59,212 nt of DNA from a virus. Lineage: Duplodnaviria; Caudoviricetes. Location: positions 1 to 59,212 of IMG/VR virus record IMGVR_UViG_3300020391_000001; one strand, 5' to 3'. The position numbers and the translations under genes were made by a program. The first letter of the stretch is position 1. Each line of letters opens with the position of its first letter. This document shows positions 48,534 through 57,717 of the stretch, in pieces. The notes below the pieces were generated by a model. It was not told the origin of the DNA. It did not search any database and worked only from the letters and a program-made list of their open reading frames with translations.

Positions 48534-50842
48534 AAAAAGTAACAGAAGAATTTAAAGAAGAGGCTCAGGTAGAACAACCTGAAGGTCTTCCAATTGATGT
48601 AGAAGTTGAAGGCGAAGAAGTTGTAGAAGAGGAAAGACCCCAAGACGATTTTAACGCAAACCTAGCATTAGGTATGGATGAACGTACCCTAAAAGATATG
48701 GGTATGGATCTTATACAAGAATATAAGAAAGATAAAACATCAAGAAAAGAATGGGAAGATGCATATATAAAAGGTTTAGATTTATTAGGCACAAAGTATC
48801 AAGAGGTAACAAAACCATTCAAAGGTGCATCCGGTGTCACGCATCCATTATTAGCTGAGTCTGTTACACAGTTCCAAGCACAAGCATACAAAGAGTTAGT
48901 CCCATCTGATGGGCCAGTTCGAACCCAGGTTGTAGGTGCAGTTACACCGGCCACCGAACAACAAGCAGACAGAGTAAAAGATTATATGAATTATCTTCTT
49001 ATGGAAGAGATGGAAGACTACACAACTGATATGGATCAGATGTTATTTTATTTACCATTGTCTGGATCTACTTTTAAAAAAATATATTACGATGCATTAC
49101 TAGATAGACCCGTATCAAAATTTATACCAGCAGAGGATTTGGTTGTTCCATATTATGCATCTGATCTTAAGGATTGTGAGAGAATAACTCACGTAATTAA
49201 AATGACAGCTAATGAAGTTACAAAAAAAATGGCTGCAGGCACTTACAGAGATATAGATTTAATAGATTCAAATAGTGAACCAGATCAAGTACAAAAGAAA
49301 TTAAATGAATTAGAAGGAGTCAAAGGCACAGGATCAGATTATCTGCACAATATTTTAGAAATGCATGTAGATTTAAATCTAGATGACTTTGAAGATTTTG
49401 ATGATAAAGCAAAAAAAATTAAAATTCCTTACATTGTAACAATCGATGAGGGATCTGGAGAAGTGTTATCTATTTATAGAAACTACAGACCCAATGATAT
49501 TACTTTTCAAAGAATAGAATACTTTGTCCACTATAAATTTTTACCTGGTTTAGGTTTCTATGGTTTTGGTTTGACACATATGATTGGTGGCTTATCACAA
49601 GCAGCAACTCAAGCACTTAGACAATTGATAGATGCAGGAACTTTAAAAAATTTACCTGCAGGATTTAAGTCAAGAGGTATGAGAGTAAGAGATGATGACC
49701 AACCTATACAGCCTGGAGAGTTTAGAGATGTGGATGCTCCTGGCGGAAACATCAGGGATCAATTTTTTAATCTACCATTTACAGAACCATCACCTACTTT
49801 ATACAACCTTATGGGTTTTGTAGTGCAAGCAGGACAAAAGTTTGCTGCCATAACTGATAACAATATAGGTAACGATCTACAAAACAGAGCTGTTGGCACT
49901 ACGATGGCTATGATGGAGCGTGGATCACGTGTTATGAGTGGTGTTCATAAGCGTTGTTACTATGCAATGAGGTTGGAATTCAAAATTTTAGCAAGAATTT
50001 GTGGAGAATCTTTACCACCTGTTTATCCATATGATGTTTATGGTGGCCCAAGAGAAATAAAACAATTAGATTTTGACAACAGAGTAGATATTTTACCTGT
50101 TGCTGATCCAAATATTATGAGTATGGCTCAAAGAGTTACACTTGCACAAGCACAATTACAGATTGCTCAGTCAAATCCACAACTTCACAACATACATGAA
50201 GCGTATAGACGTGTTTATGAAGCGTTAGGCACTAATCAAATAGAAGCTTTACTAAAACCACCACCAAAACAACCAGAACCTTTAGATCCTGCAAAAGAAA
50301 ATGCACGTGCTTTGCAAATGAAACTACTTACTGCGTTTGAATTTCAAGATCACGATGCTCATATTGCTGCTCACATGGCGTTCATGGCTACACGTATGGT
50401 GCAAATTAATCCACAAGTCTACGCTTTGATGCAATCGCACATATCAGATCATATTTCTTTCAAAGCAAAGGCAGAAGTAAAAGCAACAATGATGGAAAAT
50501 CCACAAATGCAACAGATGGCTCAAGGAGATCCACAACAATTTGAGATTATGTTTGAAGCAGAGGTAGCAAAAGCTGCTGCAAGGATTACGCAGGAGTTAG
50601 CACAAACTGAAATGCAGGCAAATGCTGCTAAACAAGACCCGTTAGTCAGAATCAAACAACAAGAAATTGATTTAAGAGCTATGGATCTTCAAAGAAAAGC
50701 TGAAGAAACTAAATTTAGAGCAGATCAAGAGAACCAAAGAGTTGCTGCACGTCTTGAGTACGATTATGATAGACTTGCTCAACAAGATGACCAGTCTGAG
50801 GACAGGTTAGACATAGCGAGACAGAAACTTGAAAAAAAATAG
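48524..50842 (+). CDS. Portal protein
   Basis: 772 aa; SRKEWE, HPLLAES, GSTFKK, GFYGFGL, DAGTL.NLP; long coiled-coil tail. Confidence 0.9.
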   Translation: MAVEKVTEEFKEEAQVEQPEGLPIDVEVEGEEVVEEERPQDDFNANLALGMDERTLKDMGMDLIQEYKKDKTSRKEWEDAYIKGLDLLGTKYQEVTKPFKGASGVTHPLLAESVTQFQAQAYKELVPSDGPVRTQVVGAVTPATEQQADRVKDYMNYLLMEEMEDYTTDMDQMLFYLPLSGSTFKKIYYDALLDRPVSKFIPAEDLVVPYYASDLKDCERITHVIKMTANEVTKKMAAGTYRDIDLIDSNSEPDQVQKKLNELEGVKGTGSDYLHNILEMHVDLNLDDFEDFDDKAKKIKIPYIVTIDEGSGEVLSIYRNYRPNDITFQRIEYFVHYKFLPGLGFYGFGLTHMIGGLSQAATQALRQLIDAGTLKNLPAGFKSRGMRVRDDDQPIQPGEFRDVDAPGGNIRDQFFNLPFTEPSPTLYNLMGFVVQAGQKFAAITDNNIGNDLQNRAVGTTMAMMERGSRVMSGVHKRCYYAMRLEFKILARICGESLPPVYPYDVYGGPREIKQLDFDNRVDILPVADPNIMSMAQRVTLAQAQLQIAQSNPQLHNIHEAYRRVYEALGTNQIEALLKPPPKQPEPLDPAKENARALQMKLLTAFEFQDHDAHIAAHMAFMATRMVQINPQVYALMQSHISDHISFKAKAEVKATMMENPQMQQMAQGDPQQFEIMFEAEVAKAAARITQELAQTEMQANAAKQDPLVRIKQQEIDLRAMDLQRKAEETKFRADQENQRVAARLEYDYDRLAQQDDQSEDRLDIARQKLEKK

Positions 50843-51116
50843 AGATCCAAAAGTAGGAACTGGTAAAAAACCAAAAGGTTCAGATAGAAGATTATATACT
50901 GACGAGAATCCTAAAGACACAGTAAGAATAAAATTTAAAACACCTGCTGATGCAAGTGCTACAGTAGCAAAAGTTAAGCGTATTAACAAACCATTTGCTA
51001 GAAAAATACAAATTCTAACCGTTGGTGAACAAAGAGCTAAGGTTATGGGTAAGACAAGGGTAGCTTCAATATTTAAAGCAGGAAAAAATGCAATCAGAAA
51101 ATCAAAACAAGCGTAA
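50829..51116 (+). CDS. Conserved basic hypothetical protein
   Basis: DPKVGTGKKPKGSDRRLYTDENPKDTV. Confidence 0.7.
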   Translation: MKKNRDPKVGTGKKPKGSDRRLYTDENPKDTVRIKFKTPADASATVAKVKRINKPFARKIQILTVGEQRAKVMGKTRVASIFKAGKNAIRKSKQA

Positions 51117-51252
51117 AGGGCTAAGTGGAGGTGTAAAATCAGGTCCACCACCTAAAAGAGGGCCCAACCCACAGGGACTAAAACGAAAGGAGTTTAAAAG
51201 TGTCAAAAAAAACACTAAAAAACTCATACGAAAGTCTCTCAGTAGAGTCTAA
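51088..51252 (+). CDS. Small basic Pro/Gly-rich protein (54 aa)
   Basis: AGGA SD; GLSGGVKSGPPPKRGPNPQG. Confidence 0.6.
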   Translation: MQSENQNKRKGLSGGVKSGPPPKRGPNPQGLKRKEFKSVKKNTKKLIRKSLSRV

Positions 51253-51616
51253 ATTACTTTTTCTTGCTGGGATATTTGATGGAGAAGGAAGTTTTGGCAT
51301 TTGGTCAAAAGGTAAGGGTAGAAAAAAGGAATTTGCTTGTACTATTGAAATGACAGACAAAGATACCCTTCAAAAATTTTCAGATATGTTCGGTGGTCAG
51401 TTATTTTCATGTAAAACAAGAAAAGCACATCATACACCTACCTGGAGATGGAGACAAAACGGCTACAGGGCTTTTCAAATAATGGATAAAATGATAGAAT
51501 TTATGAGTAAACGAAGACAGGAGAAATATTATGTGGTTAAGCGCGATAAAATTGGCGGCACAAGCAGGTACGCACATATTCAAGAAGCGTCAAGAGACCA
51601 AGATGCTGATGGCTGA
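51200..51616 (+). CDS. Free-standing single-motif LAGLIDADG homing endonuclease
   Basis: FLAGIFDGEGSF motif; AAGGAG SD before the GTG start. Confidence 0.85.
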   Translation: MSKKTLKNSYESLSVESKLLFLAGIFDGEGSFGIWSKGKGRKKEFACTIEMTDKDTLQKFSDMFGGQLFSCKTRKAHHTPTWRWRQNGYRAFQIMDKMIEFMSKRRQEKYYVVKRDKIGGTSRYAHIQEASRDQDADG

Positions 51617-51917
51617 TGCACAGATGATGCATGCTAGAAAGATGGCCCAAGGTGAGGAAGCTTACCAGGGCAAATTATTAGAAGCTCGTCAGTCAGACTG
51701 GAAGGACGAGGCCGTTCTCATAATTTTAAGTTTGCCCGTGTTGGTGCTCGCGTACGCAGTCATATCGGATGATCCGACAGCGATGGACAAAGTAAAATTG
51801 TTCTTTGAGATGTTCTCGCAGCTTCCTTCATGGTTCACAAATTTGTGGATCTTGGTTGTAGCTTCAATATATGGTATAAAGGGTACACAAATATTCCGTA
51901 ACGGAGGAAAAAAATAA
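51531..51917 (+). CDS. Putative holin (3TM-like)
   Basis: SDWKDE followed by two TM helices; LPSWF...ASIYGIKG. Confidence 0.65.
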   Translation: MWLSAIKLAAQAGTHIFKKRQETKMLMADAQMMHARKMAQGEEAYQGKLLEARQSDWKDEAVLIILSLPVLVLAYAVISDDPTAMDKVKLFFEMFSQLPSWFTNLWILVVASIYGIKGTQIFRNGGKK

Positions 51918-52363
51918 TGACTAAACTATGTCCTAGAGGTAAAGCTGCAGCGAAGCGAAAATTTAAAGTTTACCCGTCTGCATACGCGAATGCATACGCT
52001 AGCAAAATTTGTGCTGGTAAAATTAAAGATCCATCAGGTGTAAAAAGAAAAGATTTTAGAGGACCAAAACCAAGTGGTGCTAAAGTTGGAATGGCTGTGA
52101 CTGCAGGCTCACAATCAGCTACTGGTAGATTACAAAAATCAGGAATGGCTAAAGCTAAAAAAGGTAAGATGATGATTTTAATTGCAATTGGTAAACCTAA
52201 GAAAGCTGTAAAAAAAGCAAACAAAGGTGCGATTATGAAAGTTGCAAACAAATTAGAAAAAGCATCTAAAGCTCATGCAGGTCAAGCTAAAACTTTAAAA
52301 TCAATTAAAGTTAGAGGTGGCGGTATGGCAATGCAAGGAATGAATTTTAAAGGCGTATTCTAA
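51917..52363 (+). CDS. Basic protein ending FKGVF
   Basis: KLCPRGKAAAKRKFKVYPSAYAN. Confidence 0.75.
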   Translation: MTKLCPRGKAAAKRKFKVYPSAYANAYASKICAGKIKDPSGVKRKDFRGPKPSGAKVGMAVTAGSQSATGRLQKSGMAKAKKGKMMILIAIGKPKKAVKKANKGAIMKVANKLEKASKAHAGQAKTLKSIKVRGGGMAMQGMNFKGVF

Positions 52364-52713
52364 TGTATAAGCGAGGTACTTGTTGGGAGGGCTATGTCCA
52401 AGCAGGTATGAAAAAAAAGGGAAACAAAATGGTTCCTAACTGTGTGCCCTCAAGTTCTGCGAAAAAAATGAAAGAAGGTGGATTAACAAAATGGTTCAAA
52501 CAGAAATGGGTAGATATTGGAAGCAAACGAGCAGATGGTTCATTCGCTCCTTGTGGCCGTTCAAAACAAAAAGCAGATGCGAAGAGAGCTTATCCAAAAT
52601 GCGTCCCACTTGCAAAAGCCACACGGATGACAAAAGGAGAACGGGCGAGTGCTGTCAGACGAAAAAGAGCAGCAGGTAACACAGGACCAAAACCAACTAA
52701 TGTGAGGACATAA
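52363..52713 (+). CDS. Basic protein (DUF5872-like)
   Basis: CWEGY...VPNCVP and GLTKWFKQKWVDI...YPKCVP. Confidence 0.7.
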   Translation: MYKRGTCWEGYVQAGMKKKGNKMVPNCVPSSSAKKMKEGGLTKWFKQKWVDIGSKRADGSFAPCGRSKQKADAKRAYPKCVPLAKATRMTKGERASAVRRKRAAGNTGPKPTNVRT

Positions 52714-52714
52714 A

Positions 52715-52855
52715 ATGAAAATATGGAAATGGATTAAAAACTTATTTACACCGAAAAGAATAGAACCAACTATTAGTTCTGTTAAACCAAAGGTAGACTT
52801 AACAGGTCTTACAAAAGGTGATATAAAAAAATTAAAAGCGCAAGGAAAATTATAA
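52715..52855 (+). CDS. Small basic protein (46 aa)
   Basis: GAGGA SD; TAATG-coupled to the next ORF. Confidence 0.65.
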   Translation: MKIWKWIKNLFTPKRIEPTISSVKPKVDLTGLTKGDIKKLKAQGKL

Positions 52856-53307
52856 TGACTATTGAAAAAAAAGGTCCAAGTAAACTATCCGCAGACAAAA
52901 CTGATAAAGCTATAAGAAAATTTGTTTTGGATAATCCAGTGTTAACTAGAACACAATCAGTAATTGACAAAATAGATAGAGCGAAAAAAAAAGGGACACT
53001 TCCAATTAAAAAAAATAAAGGCGGTGAAATGAAAGATCTGCCATCAGGTTTAAGAAAAGATACAACTACAAGTGCATATGGTGATGCTGGAAGAGGAAGA
53101 TCAGTCCCAGAGTTTTTAAAAGATAGTAAACCAAAAAGACCTCCTATAAGAACTAGACCAGGACAGAACCCAAAAGGAAAAAATGCTCCAATACTTGAGC
53201 GAGCTCCTAAAGAACTCTCTACTAGAAGAAAAAAAATGAAAGAGGGTGGTCTTTGTAGAGGTGCGGGTGCTGCTATTAAAGGCACTAAATTTGAAGGTGT
53301 TTTTTAA
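52855..53307 (+). CDS. Basic protein ending FEGVF
   Basis: MKEGGLCRGAGAAIKGTKFEGVF C-terminus. Confidence 0.7.
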   Translation: MTIEKKGPSKLSADKTDKAIRKFVLDNPVLTRTQSVIDKIDRAKKKGTLPIKKNKGGEMKDLPSGLRKDTTTSAYGDAGRGRSVPEFLKDSKPKRPPIRTRPGQNPKGKNAPILERAPKELSTRRKKMKEGGLCRGAGAAIKGTKFEGVF

Positions 53308-53342
53308 TTTACATATCTTAAAAATATATTTATAAGTCGAGC

Positions 53343-54971
53343 ATGCGAGTGCTTGGAATATCCCCAATGCATGATAGCTCAGTAGCTATTGTACACAATG
53401 GTAACATAGAATATTTTTGTAAAGAGGAAAGACTTACAAGAAAAAAAAGAGAAGGTCACCCTTTCAAATCATTACAAAACGCTTTAGATCAAGCTAAAGG
53501 TGAAATAGATTATTTTGTAATTTCATCCCCAACTAAAAACGATACATTTAATTCATATTTGGAAGAACACCTGCTAAAAAAATTTAATAAAAAAGTAATA
53601 CGTCTTTGCGACCATCATCACTTAACACACGCAAGTTTATGTTTTTTTAATAGTGGTTTTGAAGATGCTTTAGTTGTTATAATTGATCGAAATGGTTCAC
53701 ATCATAAAAGATTAAGAGAGAGTGAAACAATTTTTGATTGCACTTACCCCAATAATTTTAAAACTATTTACAAATCTTTTTGGCTTGAAAAAATAGGTTT
53801 AGGAGAAGATTTATTAAATTTTGAGACTGTAAAAGAAATTTGTAAAGATTTTAATTGCGATATTGTTGCTGAAAGCACCATGAATATAACAAAAGTTTAT
53901 GAAAGTGCCACAACTTTAATTGGAGAAAATGTTTTAGAGAATGGCAAAACGATGGGTTTAGCCGCGTACGGTAAAAAAACAAATCAAACAAATTTGTTTG
54001 TTGATGGTGTGCCTAATACTAATTTGTTTATTTCAAATAATGATTATTTTCAAAGCGTGTTACAAAGAAAACATATAGAGAAAACAACATTCGACCTGAA
54101 AGAAGATGATTTTTCATTTTACGCAGATTATGCTTTTCATGTCCAGAAACAAACACAAGAAGAAGTATTAAGATTAGTAGAAAAATATTTAAGTAAAACA
54201 AATAAAAAAAATATTTGTCTTTCTGGTGGCTATGGTCTCAACGTAGTTACTAATGAATACCTAATTAAAATGTTACCGAATCATAATTTTTATTTTGAAC
54301 CTTTAGCAGATGATAGTGGTAATAGTATTGGTGCTGCAATGTGGATTTATAGATCTTTAACTAAAGACAAAAAAGTAAATAAATTAAAGCACACTTTTTT
54401 TAATAATAAAGATCAAGATATAAATATAAAAGGAATTAAAACTACACCACTTGAAATCGCCAAATTTTTAAACGATCAAAAGATAGTAGCTGTATTTAAT
54501 GGAAAAGCAGAAGCTGGACCTAGAGCTTTAGGAAACAGATCAATATTGTTTGACCCAAGAAACAGTTATGCAAAAATAATTGTGAACAAAGTAAAAAATA
54601 GAGAATGGTATAGACCTTTTGCAGCATCTATTCTTAAACCATATTTCAAAGAATATTTTGAAACTCATGGATTAAACGAATCTAAATTTATGACTATTTC
54701 TTTTCAAAGTAAAACTCAAAAAATTCCAGGTGTTATTCATGTAGATAATTCATGCAGAGTACAAACAGTTGATACTGACATACCACACTTTCACGCTTTG
54801 CTAGAAGAATTTAATAAAATCACTAAAATCCCTGTTTTATTAAATACAAGTTTTAACAAGGCTGGCGAGGCTCTTGTAGAGACTGTAGAAGACGCAATAT
54901 TTACATTTGAAAACTCAAAAATTGATATATTGTGGTTTCCTGAAAAAAATAAAATGTTAAAAAAAATATAA
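53343..54971 (+). CDS. Carbamoyltransferase (NodU/CmcH/TobZ family)
   Basis: HDSS, EERL.R.K, HHLTHA, GKTMGLAAYG, SGG..LN, GPRALGNRS, RPFA, LLNTSFN. Confidence 0.93.
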   Translation: MRVLGISPMHDSSVAIVHNGNIEYFCKEERLTRKKREGHPFKSLQNALDQAKGEIDYFVISSPTKNDTFNSYLEEHLLKKFNKKVIRLCDHHHLTHASLCFFNSGFEDALVVIIDRNGSHHKRLRESETIFDCTYPNNFKTIYKSFWLEKIGLGEDLLNFETVKEICKDFNCDIVAESTMNITKVYESATTLIGENVLENGKTMGLAAYGKKTNQTNLFVDGVPNTNLFISNNDYFQSVLQRKHIEKTTFDLKEDDFSFYADYAFHVQKQTQEEVLRLVEKYLSKTNKKNICLSGGYGLNVVTNEYLIKMLPNHNFYFEPLADDSGNSIGAAMWIYRSLTKDKKVNKLKHTFFNNKDQDINIKGIKTTPLEIAKFLNDQKIVAVFNGKAEAGPRALGNRSILFDPRNSYAKIIVNKVKNREWYRPFAASILKPYFKEYFETHGLNESKFMTISFQSKTQKIPGVIHVDNSCRVQTVDTDIPHFHALLEEFNKITKIPVLLNTSFNKAGEALVETVEDAIFTFENSKIDILWFPEKNKMLKKI

Positions 54972-55547
54972 ATGATTCGTGGAGACAGCACAGAATACGA
55001 ACTCCTTAATAAATGGTGTGGAACCCTTCAATTTTTCGAAGAACCTAAATCTGTTACAACTTGTGAAATAGGAGTCAGAGAGGGACTAGGCTCAAAGGTT
55101 ATCATGATGGGTATAAGAGATAGAATTGGTAAAATACCTTATGAACACATTGGCATAGATCCATATAACGATTTAAAATATCAACATTACGATAATAGAG
55201 AACCAGAAACAGCAGATTATACAGATGACATGAGGTTACAAATGTTAAAAGATTTAGCTCATGAAAAAAATTTTAATTTTTATCATTTTACAGATCTACA
55301 GTTTATGAATTTATTTAATGCTACAGATAAAATTTTTGATTTAGTTCATTTTGATGGACCACATATGACAAGAGATGTTTTAAGAGAGTCTTTATGGTTT
55401 GCTGATAAAACTAGAAAAGGCACTAGATTTGTTTTTGATGATAGTCAATTTTTTGATATGGAAGTCGTAGCAAAAGCTTTAAGTTATTGGAATTTTCAAG
55501 TTTTTGAATCAGGTAAAAATAAAGTTTGCTTACAAAGAGAGGTGTAG
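54972..55547 (+). CDS. Class I SAM-dependent methyltransferase
   Basis: EIGVREGLGS, IDPY, VHFDGPH, VFDD. Confidence 0.85.
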   Translation: MIRGDSTEYELLNKWCGTLQFFEEPKSVTTCEIGVREGLGSKVIMMGIRDRIGKIPYEHIGIDPYNDLKYQHYDNREPETADYTDDMRLQMLKDLAHEKNFNFYHFTDLQFMNLFNATDKIFDLVHFDGPHMTRDVLRESLWFADKTRKGTRFVFDDSQFFDMEVVAKALSYWNFQVFESGKNKVCLQREV

Positions 55548-55765
55548 TGGATATTGATACAATATCATTAGTACAAAAAAAAATTAAAATTAATCTTCAA
55601 CGTCTAAAGGACAACGCTATATATGGTGTTGACACCATGGAGAAACTACAATATGTTAGGGGTCAAATCAGGTCTCTTGAAGACCTGCAACAGGATCTTA
55701 AAGACCTGCTGACAACAACGGAGTATGAAGATGAACAAGTCCACGGAGACACCGAAACGGACTGA
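55547..55765 (+). CDS. Conserved small protein
   Basis: GAGG SD before GTG 55547; YVRGQIRSL. Confidence 0.65.
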   Translation: MDIDTISLVQKKIKINLQRLKDNAIYGVDTMEKLQYVRGQIRSLEDLQQDLKDLLTTTEYEDEQVHGDTETD

Positions 55766-56177
55766 AGCACTTCTGGATGCTTATAAAGCTAAAGAAGAAA
55801 TAGAAACAGTCCTAGATCCTAATGCGATCGATAAATCAACATTAGATAAATTACCAACACCAACTGGTTATAGAATTTTGGTACTGCCCTTTGCAGGACC
55901 TAAAAAAACTAAAGGTGGAATTCTTTTATCTGATACAACACAAGAGACCATACAAATGACAACAGTATGTGGCCTTGTGCTTAAAATGGGAGATCTTTGT
56001 TATCATGATAAAGATAAATTTCCAAAAGGACCATGGTGCAAACTAAATGATTGGATAATTTTTAGTAGGTACGCAGGTTCAAGATTCAAAATTGATGGAG
56101 GAGAAGTAAGAGTATTAAATGACGATGAAGTCATTTCTACAATTATAGATCCAAATGACATTTTGCACCATTACTAA
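55725..56177 (+). CDS. groES: GroES-like co-chaperonin
   Basis: PTGYRILV...KTKGGILL...YAG...VLNDDEVI. Confidence 0.9.
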   Translation: MKMNKSTETPKRTEALLDAYKAKEEIETVLDPNAIDKSTLDKLPTPTGYRILVLPFAGPKKTKGGILLSDTTQETIQMTTVCGLVLKMGDLCYHDKDKFPKGPWCKLNDWIIFSRYAGSRFKIDGGEVRVLNDDEVISTIIDPNDILHHY

Positions 56178-56187
56178 GGAGGATTAA

Positions 56188-57189
56188 ATGGCTGAAGAAA
56201 ATAAAAGTCCAGAAGTTGAAATTGATACGGATGGCGTTAATGAAGAAACGATTAGTGTAGATGCACCCGAGGTATCTAATGAAGCGTTTGAAAAAAAACA
56301 AGAAGTAGATTTAGGCTACGTAGATGTAAGCTCTGGTGGCAAAAGTGCTAAAGAGTTATTACAAGAAACAAAAACAGAAGATGAAGAACCTAAGCCTGAA
56401 CCAAAATTTGAACAAAAAGAAGAAACAGAAGAAGATCCAGGTTTAGCTGAATATTCTGAAAAAGTTCAAAAAAGAATAAAAAAACTTACCTTTCAAGCAA
56501 AAGAAGCTGAACGTAGAGAAAAAGCAGCTGTAGAATATGCTAAAGGTTTGAAAAATAAGTATGAGAGTGCAGAAAAGAAATTTGAAGAGACTGACACTAA
56601 TTACTTAAATGAATATAAAGCTAGAATAGATTCAGAAAGAGAAAAAGCAAAATCTGAATTAAAAGCAGCTTTAGATGCACAAGATACAGATCAAATTTTA
56701 GAAGCACAAGATAAGCTTACAAAATTAGCTGTAGAAAACGAAAAAGTTTCTATGACTCTTGCAGATAAAGAGTCTAAGAAAAAAGAAGTTGAATCACAAC
56801 CTGCTCAACAAGCAGTAGAGACTCCTCAACCACCAATAAGTTCAAAAGCTCAGGAATGGGCTACTGATAATGAATGGTTCGGAAGTGACAGAGTCCTTAC
56901 GTCTGCTGCTATGGGAATACATGAAGATCTCTTAGGGGAGGGAATTGACGCGGAGAGTGATGAATACTATAATCAAATCAACAAACGTATGAAGGAGTAT
57001 TTCCCTCAGAAATTTGCCACTTCTACTGAAGAAAAAACTAAAGCTACACCCGTCCAAAACGTAGCTTCTGTAAGTAGAAGATCAGGTGGACGCAAGTCTG
57101 TGAAACTCACCAAATCGCAGGTAGTTATCGCTAAGAAATTAGGGGTGCCACTAGAGGAATACGCAAAATACGTGAAGGAAGGAGCCTAA
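56188..57189 (+). CDS. Putative capsid scaffolding protein
   Basis: Acidic coiled coil; C-terminal IAKKLGVPLEEYAK; upstream of the capsid gene. Confidence 0.7.
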   Translation: MAEENKSPEVEIDTDGVNEETISVDAPEVSNEAFEKKQEVDLGYVDVSSGGKSAKELLQETKTEDEEPKPEPKFEQKEETEEDPGLAEYSEKVQKRIKKLTFQAKEAERREKAAVEYAKGLKNKYESAEKKFEETDTNYLNEYKARIDSEREKAKSELKAALDAQDTDQILEAQDKLTKLAVENEKVSMTLADKESKKKEVESQPAQQAVETPQPPISSKAQEWATDNEWFGSDRVLTSAAMGIHEDLLGEGIDAESDEYYNQINKRMKEYFPQKFATSTEEKTKATPVQNVASVSRRSGGRKSVKLTKSQVVIAKKLGVPLEEYAKYVKEGA

Positions 57190-57190
57190 T

Positions 57191-57658
57191 ATGAATAAAG
57201 TTAAAACTTCACGCGAGTCTGAATCTAGAACTAAACTTTCTAGAAAGAAAGATTGGACTCCACCATCCAGTTTGGATGCGCCAGCTGCACCGATGGGTTA
57301 TGCCCACAGGTGGATAAGAACTTCTACGAATGGTTTTGAAGATCCAGGTAATGTTTCTAAAAAACTTAGAGAAGGTTGGGAATTTTTGAAAGCTGAAACA
57401 CTTTTAAGTGAAATAGGTGAACATGATTACCCTGTTATCCATGAAGGAAAACATGCTGGTCTAATCGGAATTGGTGGCCTTGTGTTGGCAAGGATACCGG
57501 AGGAGATATTGAAAAGTCGTGCTGAGTATTTTAGAAAAATTACTCAAGATAGAACAGACGCGATAGATCGGGATCTTATGAAGGAGCAACACCCGGACAT
57601 GCCTATCAATATTGATAGACAGTCTAGAGTTACCTTTGGTGGTAGTCGTAAAAAATAA
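57191..57658 (+). CDS. Conserved head-module protein
   Basis: WTPPSSLDAP...HRWIR...LREGWE...GGLVLARIP. Confidence 0.7.
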   Translation: MNKVKTSRESESRTKLSRKKDWTPPSSLDAPAAPMGYAHRWIRTSTNGFEDPGNVSKKLREGWEFLKAETLLSEIGEHDYPVIHEGKHAGLIGIGGLVLARIPEEILKSRAEYFRKITQDRTDAIDRDLMKEQHPDMPINIDRQSRVTFGGSRKK

Positions 57659-57717
57659 TTTTTTTGCATTACCTACCCGATGTAGCTTGGATTAATAAAC
57701 TATAAGGAGAAACAACA

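Noticed and set aside
51200-51616. Group I intron or intein carrying the LAGLIDADG domain
   Set aside because: Flanking genes are intact, and no splice motifs or non-coding intron core are visible.
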